The notes below the pieces were generated by a model. That model had not been told where the DNA came from, did not search any database, and saw nothing but the letters and a program-made list of their open reading frames with translations. The translations under genes were made by a program, and so were the position numbers. DNA of 63,972 nt, the filler included, from Octopus bimaculoides (Eukaryota), in assembly GCF_001194135.2 (NCBI RefSeq). It is 7 parts of 7 records of this genome, joined end to end, with 100 filler letters (N's around TTAATTAATTAA, not from the genome) between each part and the next. Parts side by side here need not be neighbours in the genome. Positions count along the whole stretch, not along the records: positions 36,932 to 48,649 come from NW_026314128.1; positions 48,750 to 52,778 come from NC_069008.1; 5 more parts are not named here. One strand, 5' to 3'. The number at the start of each line of letters is the position of its first letter. Positions within the stretch are counted from its first letter, which is position 1. Of the stretch, positions 37,116-49,579 are shown in pieces.

Positions 37116-39636
37116 ATCAATCTATTACCATCATCATGACCTCAGAATTATCGTTGTAGCCACTTGACTGGCACTTGTTTGTATTTCTCTTCAATGAAAA
37201 TCCCATACTTTATAAAGTCTTGGGGCTGAAGAATGCCATGTTATGCAATAAAAATTGACGGCCACAGGTAGAAACGTTGATCATTCATTATAGTTATTGT
37301 TTACCCAATAACAATAACTATAACACAACTACTGCTACTACTATCATGCTAGTGTTGCTGTTAGACCTACCGCACTTCCACTGATGATCAATGTTATTTC
37401 AACATGTGATATGACAGTAATTTATTAATTTATTTAGTTATTTATTTAGTTCCTTGTTCTTTCATTCATTCATTCATTCATTCATTTAATTATTTATTCA
37501 TTTCATTTTTGTATTTTTCCAAACATCAGGAAATGTTCGTGACAATGGCAGAAACACATGCGGAAGCTAACTGTAATTGTTCAAAGTATAAAACTGGGTG
37601 GGTGAATGTTCACAGCAAGTCTGACTATTTCATCAAATAACACATTGTTTAAATGTTGGTGTTATTTAAAATTTAAATTGCAATTAAGTCATATAAACCA
37701 TAAGAAAAGAATAATATTATTAGCAATGCAATCAAATTAAATTATATCGTGGTTTCTATAAAATACAAAAATAGAGAGAGCTCATGGTTGAGTGTTATTT
37801 TCAAAATAAATGCTGATTTCTCCTTTCGCGCAGGAAATCCTAAAGTTGCACAAGAGGACATTGGAATGGAAAGCGGTATATTACTGTGAGGTGCATGACT
37901 GATACATTGATTTAAAAACATGTATTAGTCTTACGGAAAACAAAAATAGTCCCTTGCAGCAGAGAATGTTTCCTTCCGTGGGCAACCATAGCCTCATCCA
38001 TAGTAGTAGTAGTGGTGGTGGTGGTGGTGGTGGTGGTGGTGGTAGTGGTGGTCGTCGTCGTCGTAGTGGTGATGGTGATGGTGTGATGGTGGTGGTAGCA
38101 GTAGCAAGAATAGCAGCAACAACAACAGCAACAACAGCAGCAACAAATATTACATCAACACAGTTAAATAGAAAATTTCACCGTTGACTTCAAGTCATCT
38201 GATGATCGTAGAGTTTGGAATGCGGTGGCCTATCCCAATTTGAATTTACTCTGCACAAACTCCCAATAGTCCCACAGTGATTCTTTTACCTCATTGCAGT
38301 GTTCAAATTTAGAAATAGCAGTCTATTTAATTCATACATTTTCTTTTATAAAGAATGGCAGTTAATCTGCATTCATGGTTTACTCACACGTGATTATCTC
38401 TTTATTATTATTCTCAATGATAATCTTGCAATTTATCATGCAACTGATTCATCTGATAATTGGTATATGTGACCACTTCCAATTGGCGGGTCTCATCACA
38501 CTGAGCATGTTAAAAAAGAAAGAAAAATCTTCAGAAGTTTGAGAAAACTAGGAAGCTAATGATGGTCATGGTAATGATGAGGGTGATGACGAAGAAACGG
38601 CCTCAAAATAAGAAAAATTAAGTGGAAGAATGATGAACAGAACTACGCAGCCACTAACAAGAATATGAAAAAAAATAACTGAAGAAGACCAAGGATGAAA
38701 AACGTACGGTAAAGAAGTAAAGGAAGACAAATGCCAAGTAGAAAACGGGAAGAGAAAAACAAAACAAAACAAAACAAAAACCAAAGAGAAACAACTGTGC
38801 ACATAACGTAACTAGTGTCTCCAGACATTTCTATAGACAATAATGTATTGACAAAGTTTGTGAAATAATCCAGCAGACCAGCCGGAAATGAAAGAGTAAC
38901 AATAAGTGTGTGGTGAATGATGGTAATTAATTGCTGGAATGTTACAACAGTAACAATTATAAATAATTGATTGAATAACTGAAACCCCTTGTCGAACAAG
39001 AGAGAGGGAGTGAAGAATACAGAGAAGGGGAAAAGGAGCAAAATAGACAAGGAGGGAAAGAAGACGCGAGACAAGGAGAATAAGAAAAGGTTAATGCAGA
39101 TTAAAAGATACAATAATTAAGGTGCTGCCTTCTTATCTGGAAGGACTTCTATGCGAGTGTGCCAGAGTGTGTGAATGTGTACGTGAATGTGAATGTATGT
39201 GTGTGTGTGCGAGTCTGTGTGTGTGTGTGAGTATGTGATAGTTTGAAATTGGACAATTAACATTCGTTCGAGAGGAATGTGATTTAGCTAGTTTTATAGG
39301 GAGACACAAACACATGCAGCGATCCATAGAAATTTGTCTGCTCGCTACAAGATATCCCATCAGCTGACCTTTTAAAAGATGAATTTAGCTGATCAATATA
39401 TAAAAGTTAAGAAATACATTCAAAGATTAGGTGAAGTGCCGTGTAAGAGGTATGGAATATTAAATAGAGGCAAGTAGCTATGGAAACAAATTCATTTCAT
39501 AATAATATCGATTTTAAATATAGCTGTACGTGGAAGGGTTGCGTAAGAATGAAAATCCGATGCAGGCACAAAACTGAAATAACTGAGTGTAAAGGAATTA
39601 TGTAACAATTTCTAAGAGTGCCACGAGACCAAACCT

Positions 39637-39694
<58 letters not shown>

Positions 39695-39708
39695 TGTGTG
39701 TGTAAATT

Positions 39709-39770
39709 ATTAATGGGGTTATTCGCAATTTAGACCCTATAGGGTCTAATTTGCGAATAGCCCCATTAAT
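39709..39770. repeat. 62-bp spacer-less palindrome
   Basis: ATTAATGGGGTTATTCGCAATTTAGACCCTATAGGGTCTAATTTGCGAATAGCCCCATTAAT; 29 of 31 pairs Watson-Crick. Confidence 0.97.
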
Positions 39771-39771
39771 A

Positions 39772-40312
39772 CAGTCGTCACTAAAGTGGCGGAGGATGCT
39801 AGTAAACCCCTGCATTGCTAGAAATAATCAAAACAACTAATACCCACGTAAGAGCACTTTTCTCACGGCTGACAAGGAAGACAGACTCCCTCCATACGAC
39901 GTGCGAGATGGAATTCTATCAGCGCTGATTTTATATTTAGTCAATCTTCATCAGTGCCCCATTACTTCTTCGCTGAGTGTTAAAGAAACTAAGTCACCCT
40001 GTCAGCCTTATAGAGAACACCCAAGTTAACATCGAATGATTCCGCAAATGGTGAAGTGAGAAGTATAAATTATTAAGGTGTCCGGCAAGAAGTATAGTCT
40101 TCACTGAAGTGACGGTGGGTGCTACAGAGTAATGGGGTCACTGATGAAGATTGATTAAATTCAGTGCTGATATGACTCCATCTCACTTGTCGCAGGAAGG
40201 GAGTCTGTCTCCCTTGTCAGCTATTAGAACAGTGCTCTCAAGAGTTATTTTCACTCTTATATTTAACAATGCTGGTGCCTACTAGCACCCTCCGTCACGT
40301 TAGTGACCATTG
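39772..40312. mobile_element. Foldback MITE (Tc1/mariner-type, TA-flanked) with ~190-bp terminal inverted repeats
   Basis: 39772-39965 is the reverse complement of ~40129-40312 (e.g. GCTGACAAGG.AGACAGACTCCC; TCAATCTTCATCAGTG.CCCCATTAC); TA at 39770-71 and 40313-14; no ORF. Confidence 0.85.
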
Positions 40313-40869
40313 TACTCGTATATATATATATACATATATATAAAGAGAGGGAGAGTGATGCATAAATATATTTATATATAAGTTGACTTGATAAGAATTT
40401 ATAACCTTTCAAGAGAAAGTGGAATAATCCTATTTTAGAACAGTGGATCTTGAAACAGTTAAAGCTATGAATAATATTATGTAAATATATATATCTAGTC
40501 GAGTTAATCAGTTCGTGTAACCTAGTCTTTGAAAAGTAATTTCTGACGTATTTTGGATATCAAAATAATGTTGCAAAGTCTAGATGAAAATTACATCAAA
40601 ATATCATGATTTGTTTCATAGTCTAACATCTGCTCACTTGTAAGGTGGGAATAATAGATTATTCAATCTGCGGCCATGATATCACTGTTTTTTTTTCTTC
40701 TTTGCCTGTTGACCTTCATTAGATGAATGGTAAACTTAACCCTAGCTCCGTTCGTACGCATTACGTTAATGTAAGAAACAGCTGAATATTTATTGATTCC
40801 ACATTTAGTTTCTGTTTGCAATCATCCACTGATATCAAGCATACGCAGAAGGTCATGCATTTGAGGAAT

Positions 40870-41003
40870 ATATAATCGAATCGATTGCTCTTAGTAACTA
40901 TGGGCGCAGTATTTTAACAACATAAGCAAAACGGACTTAAAGCGGGGTTGACAAATTCACTTCGTATTTTCTCACCACGCTAACGATTCTGCCAATTTGC
41001 TAC
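40870..41003 (-). mobile_element. Degenerate SINE family A fragment
   Basis: CGCTAACGATTCTGCCA head remnant. Confidence 0.45.
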
Positions 41004-41043
41004 AGTTGCAGCAGCAGCTGTAACAATAGTAACAACTGCATCA

Positions 41044-41082
<39 letters not shown>

Positions 41083-41087
41083 CAACA

Positions 41088-41223
41088 ACATCGGAAAAAT
41101 ACCTTAGGAATGAGAACCCAGGTTCAAAATTTCCCCAGGGCACCTGATGAAGCCTGAAGGGTATATCAATCGAAAAGTTGTGTTAACAACAAACAAGATG
41201 AGGACTAATATCCGTCAAATGTA

Positions 41224-41228
<5 letters not shown>
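41088..41228 (+). mobile_element. Family H1 3' module (degraded hammerhead), no tRNA head
   Basis: Closely matches 12272-12410; CTGATGA at 41144-41150, GAAA at 41172-41175. Confidence 0.85.
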
Positions 41229-41267
<39 letters not shown>

Positions 41268-41820
41268 GTGCCCTGATGCAGTACTAGGCAGTGGCTCTCA
41301 TGGCTTTTGATCTTAACTGAATGGAAGTAGTATCATTTACATTGTTTTGTCTTGGCATAAAAGATGGGCTACTGCAAATATTCTGTTCAATACCACAGAT
41401 TTGCTTATCAGTTGCTTGACCATAGCCATTTGAGCATGTCCTTTAGTGACTGACAAAATGTGCATCTCTGATCATGAGCAGAAGTAGTGGGGGAGCATCA
41501 CAGCCATGTGTTGAAAGGAGTTCTTTGGGGTTTGGATAATTCACCTTTGGAAACATGGGTGTTTTATTCATCATCCATAAACAAACCTTATTCAAGGACT
41601 TTTAGAGTGGGATGGGTTACTCAACCTGAAGAAAATTCTAACTGGGACCCATCTGCGAGGTCATGCATTATCTTGATATGAGATCACCATGTCACGCACA
41701 TATGGTTGTGATGCATGTACCTGATGTAACCATGTCAGACGAGTAGACATGATGGGTATATTGGGCTTCGTATATTTGTACCCCAGTGTCTCTTTGATGG
41801 CATCTATTGCTCTCTCACTC
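41268..41820 (+). mobile_element. Second copy of the ~530-550-bp (TAA)n-embedded element
   Basis: GTGCCCTGATGCAGTAC...CTCTCTCACTC between TAA tracts; reverse complement of 13316-13838. Confidence 0.85.
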
Positions 41821-41869
41821 AATAATTATAATAATAATAATAATGATAGCAACAACAATAATCCTTCCT

Positions 41870-42194
41870 ATTATAGGCACAATGCCAGAAATTTTGATGG
41901 AGGGGCCCAGTCGATTAGATCGACCCCAGTACTCAACTGGTACTAAATGTATTGACCCCGAAAGGATGAAAGACTAAATCGACATCGGTGGAATTTGAAA
42001 TCATAACGTAGCGGCAGACGAAATACCGCTAAGCATTTCGTCCGGCGTGCTAACGATTCTGCCAGCTCGCTGCCTTACAACAACAACAACAACAATAATC
42101 GATCTCGGCGGTTTTTGAACTTAGAACGTAAGGACGGACACAATGCCGCTGACTATTTTGCACAGCGTGCTAACGATTCTGCCAGCTCGACGGC

Positions 42195-42197
<3 letters not shown>
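41870..42197 (-). mobile_element. Two tandem SINE family A copies (41870-42077 full, 42100-42197 5' part)
   Basis: CGTGCTAACGATTCTGCCAGCTCG occurs twice. Confidence 0.9.
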
Positions 42198-42259
<62 letters not shown>

Positions 42260-42269
42260 AAGAAGAAGA

Positions 42270-42450
42270 AGAAGGTGAACAATTATAATGAATTGAAGTG
42301 GGAAATACGCAGGTTGTGGACAATGGAGAGAGTGGACGTGATACTAATAATAATTGCTGCGTTTGGAATTATCGGCACTCAGCTACCAGTGGGACTCAAA
42401 AGCATTGGTACAAATGTAACGTAGAACACTTACAGGGATTAAAACGTGTA
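42270..42450 (+). mobile_element. R4-like RLE C-terminal fragment
   Basis: KVNNYNELKWEIRRLWTMERVDVILIIIAAFGII resembles K..KY..L..EI.RLW....VIPIIIGALG of RLE retrotransposons and parallels 12700-12900. Confidence 0.65.
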
Positions 42451-42481
42451 AACAAAAGAATAACTAGAAATATATTTCTAG

Positions 42482-43140
42482 CAATCAAAATCCCCAAACG
42501 CGGGAGACTTCCTAAGGTTGCTCGTAGAAAGGCAACAGAAACCACGTTCACCCTAACTTTTACGGCAAGTGTCCTCTCCTCTTCATCTACCTCCGTCTAT
42601 AGGCGCATGCTTCGTGTAGGCCCGTTCACTCGGGTCATTCAAGAAACATCCAACCACCTTTTAACAAAATTACTGGGAGGCAGCACTCATTCTCTATCTT
42701 CTTTCCTTTTCAAGTGGAACTTGAAGAAGTTGATGAGGTCTTGGTCAACAAGGACTGTATCTATTTTCAGCCCTTTTAGTCTGGTCTACCAGACAAAGGA
42801 ACACTGCCTCACCCCGCCCCCACCAAAGAAAGGCAGCGGAGCAATCTCCATGATGGACTCAGTCAGTAACCGGATTCGTCCTACACTGACAACAGGTATT
42901 TGACATAAGCCCACAAGTCAGCAATGTTCGGGCACTGGATGCGGGCGTGCAGAACAAGACCGGCTGACGGCACTTACATGCCTGGAGAGTTTATCCTAAA
43001 ACCGCAATATCCTCCTCCCCAGTAGCACTGCCAGTTCAAGGATTTCTGGAAATTATCCATAGGCCCAGCCAGAAAGTCCTCCGGAACATACCACCCTGTT
43101 GATTTGCATCGAGAACGTCGCTAACACTGAACATTGACTG
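42482..43140 (-). mobile_element. L1/Tx1-like LINE 3' end
   Basis: VLHARIQCPNIADLWAYVKYLL...VW*TRLKGL...LINFFKFHLKRK...FVKRW: Cys/His knuckle and terminal region of Tx1-like ORF2; multiple stops. Confidence 0.7.
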
Positions 43141-46100
43141 GATGGAATAAATTCCAAGCAGTAAATTCTCAGTGGTTTTTTATTACCACATGTATATTCC
43201 CTTTAATTTCTGTCCAGCCTCACTAATCCAAAATAGTTTACTATTTTTGAAAGCAGTAAGGTAAAACACCGAAATATTTTAGTGATATTCAAGAGTGCTT
43301 GAAGCATAAAATCCTTAAAAATCCTAGAGAATTACATTATATCGTGTAAACCATTTATTTACCATTTGTGCCTATTCTATTCCTGAGGTAATGATGAGCT
43401 AGAGGTCAGTGTCTCTAGATGTCCGCTGTTGTTTTTCGATCACAAATTACTGTTTACAAAACTATTAAGTTTAATGTTATTTATATTAAATATTCTCGAT
43501 TCTCGTGATTTTATAATATATGCATTCCAAGTTTAAAATATTCGAAATATTACAGTCAATGATCGCTTTTAGCAAGAATCTCAGACTTGTTATTAAGATA
43601 TATTTTGAAAAATATTAATTAAAATATAAATATACAACATAACCGTGGGTGTATTTACTTGAGGTTGTTTTTGTACAATGTACAGAACCCCCACACACAT
43701 ACACACATATACACAAACACACAGACACACACACAATTGTTTTAGAAATAAACTGATATGAAATTCAGGACGCGAGTTATCGGTAGACAAAATATATACG
43801 AAAAAATATTCACTTACAGTGTATGTTAAATATACACCACCATGTAATTATTCTGTATGTTCGCTGAAATACACACACACGCACTTCTACAATTTTTCAG
43901 TTTATTTATATATTTTACAAGCTGTACCAAAGTTGATGAGCCGCAAGTAACTCGAAATCATGATTCCTCTGTTGATAAACTGTAGTTTGTCCCTGGAAAT
44001 TATAACCCAAATTTATTTCAGGTCAATGTCTGACATATTTTTCAATATAGAACTAATATTCCTCAGGTACATGGCAATATACATTGCGTGACCCTATCCT
44101 ATTTACGTCATCGATAGAACGAGGTGGTTGAATACAAATATTGACACACATGCTTGTGTTTGTAGAAACACATGCAGAAAATTTCATGATAAAAGAAATA
44201 TTTTTCTAAAAGTTATGCGGAAACGAACTTGGTTTGTGTGAAGTTTCTGAAACTCCACACACCACCCTTGCGAAAATTTCATTATAAATTTTTATATTAT
44301 AGGAATCTACACAATTCACAAATATGTAGTTCGATCACGAACACTTTGCTCCGGCCGATTGCTGTACGTCATAGCGCATGTGTTACGGTGAGACCATAAC
44401 AAACATATGTTGTTTTTTTTTTAAAGCGAAGATACTTACGTTAAAGCAATGGTTGTACGTGCAGAATTGTGTGCCCCTGATCCCGTTTCCTTATGTGTAT
44501 TTGGTAAGAAGTGAAGGTACTGGTGGGAGTAAATGAAGATTCTGTCAAATTTTGCAGTTTTTGCTCTATAATTCATGTTACGCACGTGATTGTTATACAT
44601 GAATCGTGCTTTTGATATCAAATCTAGATTTGGCACTTAGTTGGGCCAAATTGGTATTAGATAAGAAGACAATCGTGATCATAAGATGTCTGGACACTAG
44701 TGAATATATTAATTTATCACTGCGTATACCAAATTTGAAATTGGTATTCTTGTATTGTACTCAGCTGTATAGCTCTCTGCTGTAGTTGGCAATATTATCT
44801 GAAAATAACGTAGGCTTCATTGGCCATATTAATTTCTCTCGTTGTAGAAACTATCTGGACGCAACTATAGAATAATCTATCCAAGAAGAAGTCATCTATG
44901 AATCACGTAACGATACCAAAAGTCATACAGAAACACAATGAATAATTATATATGATAAAACTAATATTTATGATTCTAAGTAAATGATGAATGTGAGGTG
45001 AATGTTAGGTGGTGAAGATGGAATATGATATAAATTTATGTTGAGAAATCAGAAGTTGTAGACAGTCATGGGTTATTCCGAAGTAATGACAATTAAATGA
45101 TAACAAAAACATTAATCCGAAAAATAACTAATCAATAATTTCTTATCTGCTGTTTCGATCATGAATTTTATACAACAAACATAAATTCAAATATACATTC
45201 ACCATCTTTCCTCCTCATCCGTATTTCTGTTATGCCATCAAGCATTCCTTTTATCTTTAAATGAGCTTTTCTTGTGTGATTACGAAAATTTACCTTTCAT
45301 TCCGGTTTAAAAGATATACAATATAATGTAAAGATTGCCAGTACATATCTACTGATAATAATTTTGAAATTATATATATATATATATATATATATNNNNN
45401 NNNNNNNNNNNNNNNNNNNNNNNNNNNNNNNNNNNNNNNNNNNNNNNNNNNNNNNNNNNNNNNNNNNNNNNNNNNNNNNNNNNNNNNNNNNNNNNNNNNN
45501 NNNNNNNNNNNNNNNNNNNNNNNNNNNNNNNNNNNNNNNNNNNNNNNNNNNNNNNNNNNNNNNNNNNNNNNNNNNNNNNNNNNNNNNNNNNNNNNNNNNN
45601 NNNNNNNNNNNNNNNNNNNNNNNNNNNNNNNNNNNNNNNNNNNNNNNNNNNNNNNNNNNNNNNNNNNNNNNNNNNNNNNNNNNNNNNNNNNNNNNNNNNN
45701 NNNNNNNNNNNNNNNNNNNNNNNNNNNNNNNNNNNNNNNNNNNNNNNNNNNNNNNNNNNNNNNNNNNNNNNNNNNNNNNNNNNNNNNNNNNNNNNNNNNN
45801 NNNNNNNNNNNNNNNNNNNNNNNNNNNNNNNNNNNNNNNNNNNNNNNNNNNNNNNNNNNNNNNNNNNNNNNNNNNNNNNNNNNNNNNNNNNNNNNNNNNN
45901 NNNNNNNNNNNNNNNNNNNNNNNNNNNNNNNNNNNNNNNNNNNNNNNNNNNNNNNNNNNNNNNNNNNNNNNNNNNNNNNNNNNNNNNNNNNNNNNNNNNN
46001 NNNNNNNNNNNNNNNNNNNNNNNNNAAAAAAAAAAAAAAAAAAAAGAAACTGGTCAAAAGTCCGTTCTACTCCATCGCTTTGCCCCACCTATTCTCTCAT

Positions 46101-46452
46101 TCAGACTCTCTGAATACCCGGAAGGGATTATAGGTTTTTCATGCAATCGTTATGCTAGGTAGATAGTTATCTGATCTATGTCATTGACATAATCAATAGC
46201 GATATCGATTCTTGTGATATTATTAGTTTCTCTCGTATGACCTTATTGGTATGGCAGAAATGTTGCCGTCGAAATCTCGTGCGTCTGTTCGCAGTGAGCA
46301 ATTCTGGAAGAAGTCGACTGTTTATTTCAGTCTTCCAGGGTAAACAAAATGCTTGCCAGCAGACATGGGCTAAGCTTGAAACTTCCCTCCTTAAGTATCT
46401 AAGGTCGTGGAGTAATATTATGAATATTAGATTATTTTCAATTAAGATAAAT

Positions 46453-47724
46453 TACAATGGAAATTCAGACATTATGCTCACTTTTGTTTCTATAATTTCT
46501 TAAAACAAAAACAGGGGTTGAACAATTATATCACTTTCAACATAGTATCGTTGCCTCACAATGCATTCCTTCCAGTGGTCCGCAAACTTACTTAATTTAT
46601 TCGAGAATGTTCTAGGCTTGTTATGCAGCAATGTATGCACCACGTCCTGCGCTTCTTCGTCCGTATCAAATTGACGAACCCTTGAAGGATGTTTATGCGG
46701 TCCAAAGAAGTGATAGTCGGAAGAGGCGAAATCTGGGATGTATGTTAGGTATTCCGGCGATTCGAAACCTAACTTTTCTATGGTTCAATACATGACCACA
46801 TACAGCACCCACGCCGACAGTGTAGGCGTCCGAATGTGGGCGTGCATTGTTATGCAACAATGACGATTTGACAATAGACATCGGTGTTTGATGTGAATTG
46901 TTAGCTTCAGTTTGTTGGCTAGCGTTTCACTGTAATCTACACTAGTGATTTTAGACCTAATTTCCTGCTAGGCTGTTTTGCAGACCCAAATCTGTTAGTA
47001 GCACTTTCTAGCCCAAGTTTGAATTTCTTTTCTGTTAGCAATTCAACTCCATATTTGGCCGATATTATGCATATAGTGGGACTGGGAAGGAATTATCCAT
47101 TACGAATTGCTTGAACGGAACCAAACGGTCAACGCGGAATCTATCTATGTTCAACAGATGGAATGACTCAACACGGCTATTCAAGAGAAAAGACCTAATC
47201 AGCAGCATGGAGTTCTTCTGTTGCACGACAACGCCCGCCCTCATATCGCCAATATGACCAAGGAAGCCATTCAAATGCATGGCTGGGAAGTGATGCCACA
47301 CTCACCGTACTCTCCTGATTTGGCACCAACGGATTTCCACCTCTTTCGAGTTGATGGACGTCCTACACGCTCTTCTTGAATCACGCTTGTCCGGCCATTT
47401 TGAGACTTTTCGAGATCCACTCTTACCACTTCTACGCAGCAGCATGCTGCCACCATATTGTACTGGAAGTTTGCTATGAGTTTCAACCTCTGAAACACCT
47501 TCAGAAAGAGAAATCATATCTCTGGTCTTCCTTGGTGTACGCTGCCAATGGAACGGCCATGTTTGCTCTGTAACACAAGAAAGAAAACTGAAGCTATCCA
47601 GGTCAAAACTCGATCACGCAATCACAAGAGTACGATCCTTTAGCGCGAGAGCGCTGAAGGTTGTGCGGCCAGCCTAAAATGGGCTTTACTAAAAATTGTT
47701 GATAATTTTTGAATTGCCATTGTA
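46453..47724 (-). mobile_element. mariner (irritans-like) with both TIRs; centre replaced by an inverted fragment of another mariner
   Basis: TIRs TACAATGGAAATTCAGACATTAT and TACAATGGCAATTCAAAAATTAT (20/23); N-term KNGRTSVIQEERVGRPST; C-term LHNNARPH...PDFASSDYHFFGP. Confidence 0.8.
47060..47349 (+). mobile_element. mellifera-like mariner internal fragment, same family as 2064-2690
   Basis: Closely matches the reverse complement of ~2320-2600 (WDWEGIIHYELL...LLHDNARPH...HSPYSPDLAPTDFHLF). Confidence 0.9.
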
Positions 47725-48693
47725 GATATTCTTCATTGGGTGTCATGCCTCGAATAAAGGACAAAGGCGATAATATTCTGCCACAATCCTCAATTTTTTG
47801 TTTTGTAACAGATTTAAATATTACATGTGTATATATCTTTCTCTTACGTACGTATGTAATTCATATAAACGGCGATGGAAAAAACTGAAAAAAATTCGTG
47901 CATTTCGTTTGACATTCTTAGTGATATTTGTTTTATACAGAGTTAAAGATATTTCTATGTCACCATCATTGTCAGAAAGGTAGCTGTGTATTGGGAATCA
48001 GTAACAAAAGAAGCTATTTTCCACAATTTGCAATACAACTAATTAAAACGATTGCTATTTGAAGGGTAGGGAAATATGACATTTAATACATCACCGATTT
48101 CTTTTGAAATGTCAGGAGGTGAAATGGTTTCAAGCAGAAAGAGGCACCACATTTTCGTCGAAATTGAACCTAGTCGACAGATGTCAGATTCGCTTTAACG
48201 GAATAAAATAGATATTTGTTATTTTTGTTGGAACCTACAATAACTCATTTTGTATAGTTTCCTAATTAACAACGCTAAAAATGATATATAAAACATCACA
48301 TCTGGGTAAATCTAAATTCCTCAGGACACTGCCACCTCGGTGCCTACAGCAATGGATTTCATATTAATGAAATCTCAAATATTGGTCTGCAGTCACAGAA
48401 ATGAGCCGACTATATATTTGCGTATGCTTGCGTTAACATTTCTAAAGTTGTCAGGGTAAAAGTTTATATAAATAGCACAACAGTAACTGACTCACTGTAG
48501 TACGCATTTTATTTGGCACCAAAGTTTGAAATAGGCACTTGTGTACAGCTCTTCCACCACACAAATCATATTTATCATATATACATATATATATATATAT
48601 GAATATGCATGTATATATAATGTATATAAAAATATACACATGCTTATATNNNNNNNNNNNNNNNNNNNNNNNNNNNNNNNNNNNNNNNNNNNN

Positions 48694-48705
48694 TTAATTA
48701 ATTAA
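48694..48705. other. Artificial scaffold linker
   Basis: TTAATTAATTAA between two 44-N blocks. Confidence 0.95.
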
Positions 48706-49052
48706 NNNNNNNNNNNNNNNNNNNNNNNNNNNNNNNNNNNNNNNNNNNNCCCTCTCTCACACATACAAACACTTCAGCCAACATTCCCCCCCCCTCTCCC
48801 TTTCACCGCCTCCCCCCGCCCACCACCGCCGGCTCTACTTCTTTCTTTGTAGTCCAACCCTGCCACTCACTCCTCACATTTCAACAGAACATCTCTACCG
48901 CAGCCTGCTAACTGCTATTGCCAGGGTAGGGTGCCACCACTACAATTACAACTGGACAGCATAAGAGATCTCTATGTGCCTGCTTTACATGCTAGAAAGA
49001 GCAGTCAAATTAGCCTTAATGTACATACTGTTGTCTTATGTACACATATATC

Positions 49053-49265
49053 TTTTATCTCTTACGTGTTTCAGTCATTAGACTGTGGCCATGCTGGGGC
49101 ACTGCCTTGGAGAATTTTTTCAGCTGAAAGAATCTACCCCGGCACTTACTTATCTTTTAAGCCTGGTACTTATTTTTATCAGCCTCTTTTGCTGAACTGC
49201 TAAGTTACAGAGGATGTAAACACACTAACACCCATTGTCAAGCAGTTGTAGGGTACAAACACAAG
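49053..49265 (-). mobile_element. SINE family B, 3' half
   Basis: GTTTCAGTCATTAGACTGTGGCCATGCTGG...CTGAACTGCTAAGTTAC. Confidence 0.85.
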
Positions 49266-49579
49266 GATGCATATGGAGACACATCCACACACATGGAGAC
49301 ACACTCAGACATGCACACACAAGGAGACAGAGGTACATACACAAGAAAACACGCACACATACAAACATATGCAGAATACATACAAACATACACATACATG
49401 CATATATGTGCACACACACATATGCATACACCTATACCTACATACATACATACATATGTATATGCACACATACACTGATCCACACACACATGCACACAAA
49501 CAAACAAAAAGAACACAGCTCGGATAACTGATAGAGTCAACAAGTATTGAAACGGTTGCAAGACACAACGAAAATTTTA

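Noticed and set aside
40141-40175. CTGATGAAG inside the MITE arm
   Set aside because: No downstream GAAA or helix II; part of the TIR.
41268-41310. 5' end of the TAA-embedded element: resemblance to U1 snRNA (TACCAGGCAGTGG) and search for an HDV-like ribozyme
   Set aside because: The match is only about 11 of 13 nt and does not extend; no P1 partner for an HDV fold found by eye.
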